Source: Phoronis australis
Taxonomy: Eukaryota; Animalia; Phoronida
DNA: 64,000 bases
Direction: 5' to 3'
Assembly (NCBI GenBank): GCA_002633005.1
Contig: NMRA01000544.1
Span: forward strand, 168,479 to 232,478
The translations under genes were made by a program, and so were the position numbers. Below are positions 60,114-64,000 of this stretch, one piece after another. The notes below the pieces were generated by a model. It ran no database searches, was not told where the DNA came from, and saw only the letters and a list, made by a program, of their open reading frames with translations. How positions within the stretch are numbered: the first letter of the stretch is position 1; each line of letters starts with the position of its first letter.

Positions 60114-63100
60114 ATGTCGACCAAAGAAGAACATTACGTTGGCCCATACCGACTGGAGAAGACGTTGGGTAAAGGCCAAACCGGTTTGTACATTTCGCCT
60201 GTGTTATTGAACGTCATTGTTGAAATTGATTGACAACTTTATTGGCACGGGCCATGGTTCATTGACTTTGTCTAAAACGCCTTTCTAAAAACGCCAAGAG
60301 TGGTGTTTTTTGTGGCCCTTTAAAAGTAACTGAAAAATAAGAACATTAAAGCTACTTTGAGTTATATTTTACTAATTTGATACCTCAGACACTTACTTCC
60401 CCACCCTGACCCTTCCTCAGCTCAATGTAAAATTAAGAAGTGCGAACCTTTGTTTACCAATTTACTAACAGTGCCAAGTTTAATATTTGATGCTTTGTCT
60501 TAAGGAATTCAAGCATAATGCTTTCCTTTGAGAATGTTTTGAAACTAATGGGTTTGATGAATTTTATTTAAGGAACATTCTTGAGTGAACAAGTCAAATA
60601 GTTAATCCTCAACCAGTGTTCAAACTTCGTGGTGCAGGTACCCGCCTAAGTTAAGGCACAGTAATAACCCCAGAGCTGTTGGTGGCTTTAGTCTAAATGC
60701 AATACTCAATCATTTGTTTTCACTGTTTTTATTTTTATATTCTCGTGCATCTGATCCAGTTTGTTTGTCCTCATCCTGATTTCTTTCACGTTTCATATCT
60801 TAAATGCCCTGGGTGTTGACGGGAATGGTGAACCTGTATTCTTCAAAACTAAAAGCAGCATTAAATCCATTATTACTGCCTACTACAAGATTTGCCTTAG
60901 GCCACTTACTACGTCTCTTGTTCCTTATTGAAGTTTAGAAGTAATGTTTGGGCTCAGGTAGTTTATTACTACATCAGACCTAGCTCATACAATTTCAAGT
61001 CATGGTCTGAAGAAGTAACAAAGTTGTCTTGACTTAGGACCAATTTATGACCAATTTCATCATTAGTGGCCTAAATCAAAACCTGTTTTGTGACAGAAAG
61101 CAGGAGTTACGGGCCACTCTAAGTGTCCGAAAAATGACTGAATACAACTTTCATCTATTGTTTTTCTTAAGTTCCTTGATTTGATCATGCTGGACATTTT
61201 CTTGAATGGATGCAGTCCTCGTACATAAACTGCACCCATTTCACCTTGGTAGTACCTTGTACTTATTGGAATTGTACAAGAGCCAGTGTTGACAAGAAGC
61301 CCCATCTAAGGTCCTTTTATGTGGAGCAGCGTAATTACTTTGAATTGCGGATAATTGGCATGTGAGTCCTGATGGCAGACAAAAATGTGGAAAGGTTTAA
61401 CCACTATCTCTAGAGACTGCTTGCTTGGAAACTGTTGTTGTCTGGCATTGAAACCAATGGAGAGGTTTTTGTAACGTCTTGTCTAAATTCTAAATGGCAG
61501 TTGCCGTAGTTGCGAAACCAAATGATTTCTCAACACTGGGATTGAAACTTGGACCAGTTGAATTCATAAATTGCCAGCCTCTGAAAAAGTTGCATAAAAG
61601 TCAGTTACTAGTAGGCCTGTCTATGCCCTTAGCACAGTAAGTGCTCTTCAGTTTTACATACAAGATGGTTTACGCTTCAACTCTATTTTTTGTCAAATTT
61701 CTCCACAAGAATTAAAACTTGACATCCTCTTTACCATGATTTGTGCTGGACAGCTTTTAAAACAAGTCTTTGGTAAGAAATTTAACATTTCAATAATGTT
61801 TACAACTGGTCCTTGAAAAATGGAAAATTTTGCTATTCTGATGATTATTTTTGTGCGAAATTGAAGACAAATTACCATTAGAAGCATTTTTTATTCTTTG
61901 GATAATAGGCCTGTAATGAATTGGTTTATCCAACTTGTTAGTAATTACTCTGTAATCATGCGAGGTAATCACAATTTCCGTGAGCATGAGCATGTTGCCG
62001 TCAAATGTTCAGATATTTCCCAGTGATGGCTTAAGCCTGCTTATGGTTTCTTTGCAAAAACAGCAGCGTAAATTCCTTGGCCTTAACTCTGAGAGATTTT
62101 TTTTAATGAAAATTATTCTCGCAGAAACAAATTTAGTATTTTCATAATTACACCTATTAACCTCTTCTGCGTCCTTAGTCTTGTTATTGCTCTGTTAAGG
62201 AAGCTGCATCTTATGGGTATTACTTTAAGCGCCGTTTGATTTTGCTCACATCTAGTGGACATGTGAAACTTATTTTATCAAATTTCTCAACGCAGCCAAA
62301 CAAAAGTTGAAAAAATAGTTTTTTTGCATTAGCATGAATATTCCAGATTTGCTATCCTAAAGCAAACTTAGGCAAAATTTTGGGAATTTTAAGAACCCAA
62401 TTTGTCTTTTAAAAAAGGAAAATCAAAATTTTGGTAATGATATTACCATATATTCAGATTGTTTTGTCTTAACTTGTTGTCAGTGTAATTTTCTCACAAT
62501 GTTGAACCATTTTACCATCAAAATATGGTCATGAGAGATTCAAATGGGCATGCATATCCAAAATACATTGAAAACAGCAAGTACCGCCTGTTATCCTTTA
62601 GAATTAGGTGTTATGAATCCTAATAGGTGATATGAATCCTAAAATGTGTACTTTTGACGTCTTGTATGAACACATTTTCCAGATCATGGTAGAACTTGAA
62701 ATGTCACTAGCAGACGTTAGTCAGTGAAAACTATTGTAAAACAGTTGAATATTCCTTTGTGTACCAAAAAACTCACGTTCTGTTGTTAAAGCATCATCGC
62801 AGTGGTATTTGCACTTTGAAAGCAATGCCATCTGGTTCTTATCCTTTGTTTAAATTCAAACTGGTTACTACAAATCACCCGAAATTCTCCTTATGGTCAC
62901 ACTGCCTTGGTGACAGAAACTAACCCAGCATGACTATCGATCTACTAGTATTGGAATGAGCCCAGAAATCGCTTCTAATGTGAGTGAGGGACAAGACTGA
63001 GACCAATTTTATAAGAGCAGAGTTCTTCCTGAGCAAAAAATTCAAACATTCCGTGGCATGCTTTTTGTCCTAATTTCCTTTCTGTTGGTTCTCATTAATA

Positions 63101-63695
63101 ACTAATACTTACAAATTATTTTCACTCACTGAGCATGTCAGTCGTCACTATCATTTTCCCTGCAAAATATTAGAAATAAGTACCACTCTACAAAACTATC
63201 TCAATCATTTGTCTTGTGAAGCAGAAAATTGGCTTTTCAAAGGTGACTTAGGACTTTAAAGATGGCTCAGGGCTTTCCAAACTTTGCTCATTATTTCCAA
63301 ACACGGTGCAAAAATTTTCAAACAGGGTGCAGCACCGTGGTTGATTATATGCAGGGAGATCACTGAAGCGTAAGTGGCCCAAATCCCGAGTTGTTTTGAC
63401 AGAAGTCCCTGGCTTATTGTCCCTTTAAGACATGTGGACTAAAATGGTACATACGTGAACTTACGCAATATCTAGTATATCGAGTGATCACCAATTACCC
63501 ATAGCCCAACTAGTAGAAGATTAAGACAGTATTAATACTGTTGGACTAATCATGCGTTGTTGCCATGTGTCACAGTTAATTGTTCCTCTTGTTATTTCAG
63601 GTTTAGTTAAGCTTGGAATGCACTGCGTGTCAAACAGAAGAGTGGCAGTTAAGATTGTCAACCGAGAAAAGCTAAGCGAGTCTGTTCTAATGAAG
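60114..63695 (+). CDS. BRSK2: BR serine/threonine kinase (BRSK1/2, SAD-1 family), first two coding exons 60114-60183 and 63601-63695; the gene continues beyond the window
   Basis: [24 protein letters not shown]|[31 protein letters not shown] is the characteristic BRSK/SAD N-lobe. The phase-1 intron is GT-AG. Probably a co-ortholog of BRSK1 and BRSK2. Confidence 0.93.
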
Positions 63696-64000
63696 GTAAT
63701 ACGGCCCGTGGATGTGCTGTCCATGAAAAGATGTTTGTTCAGAACCATCGATGCCTCAGGCCTGAATAATTGCCCCATTCCCCTTAATTAAAAAATTCAA
63801 TTGCAATTCTCCACTGGCCAAAAATTCTCATCCAACGGTTAAAAAAATTCACTTCTGTTTGAGACATTGGCAATTATGGGTGGCAATCAAGAGTCGGAGA
63901 GTAGACTTGGTGGTGCCGGGGGAGGGGAAATTTTCCCTCCATCAAAAAGTTCTTCTTTTAGATCCTATAAGTGCCTTTCCACTCAGGTGGTTGAGGGCCT

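Overview
AT-rich, intron-rich animal genomic DNA; an invertebrate, possibly lophotrochozoan, origin is inferred and not shown. Four spliced protein genes were assembled by hand from GT-AG junctions with consistent phases: the last two exons of a QPD-type C-type lectin (+), a complete USP2-like deubiquitinase (+, 10 coding exons, about 627 aa), a complete Q-rich MED25 (-, 17 coding exons, about 915 aa), and the first two exons of a BRSK/SAD kinase (+) lying head-to-head with MED25. The most unusual region is the 9-kb intron 13 of MED25. It holds a Tx1/Keno-like non-LTR retrotransposon that begins with the 5' end of U2 snRNA and keeps an open zinc-knuckle ORF1. Next come two ~1.87-kb tandem units. 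Each unit contains a decayed U2 body (-) folded back onto a U2-headed remnant of the same element (+), then an intact-looking U2 snRNA gene (-) with PSE-like and TATA-like upstream elements. The rest of the window carries decayed L1-clade and Penelope-like fragments, MITEs, tRNA-derived SINEs, minisatellites and one probable assembly-overlap duplication.
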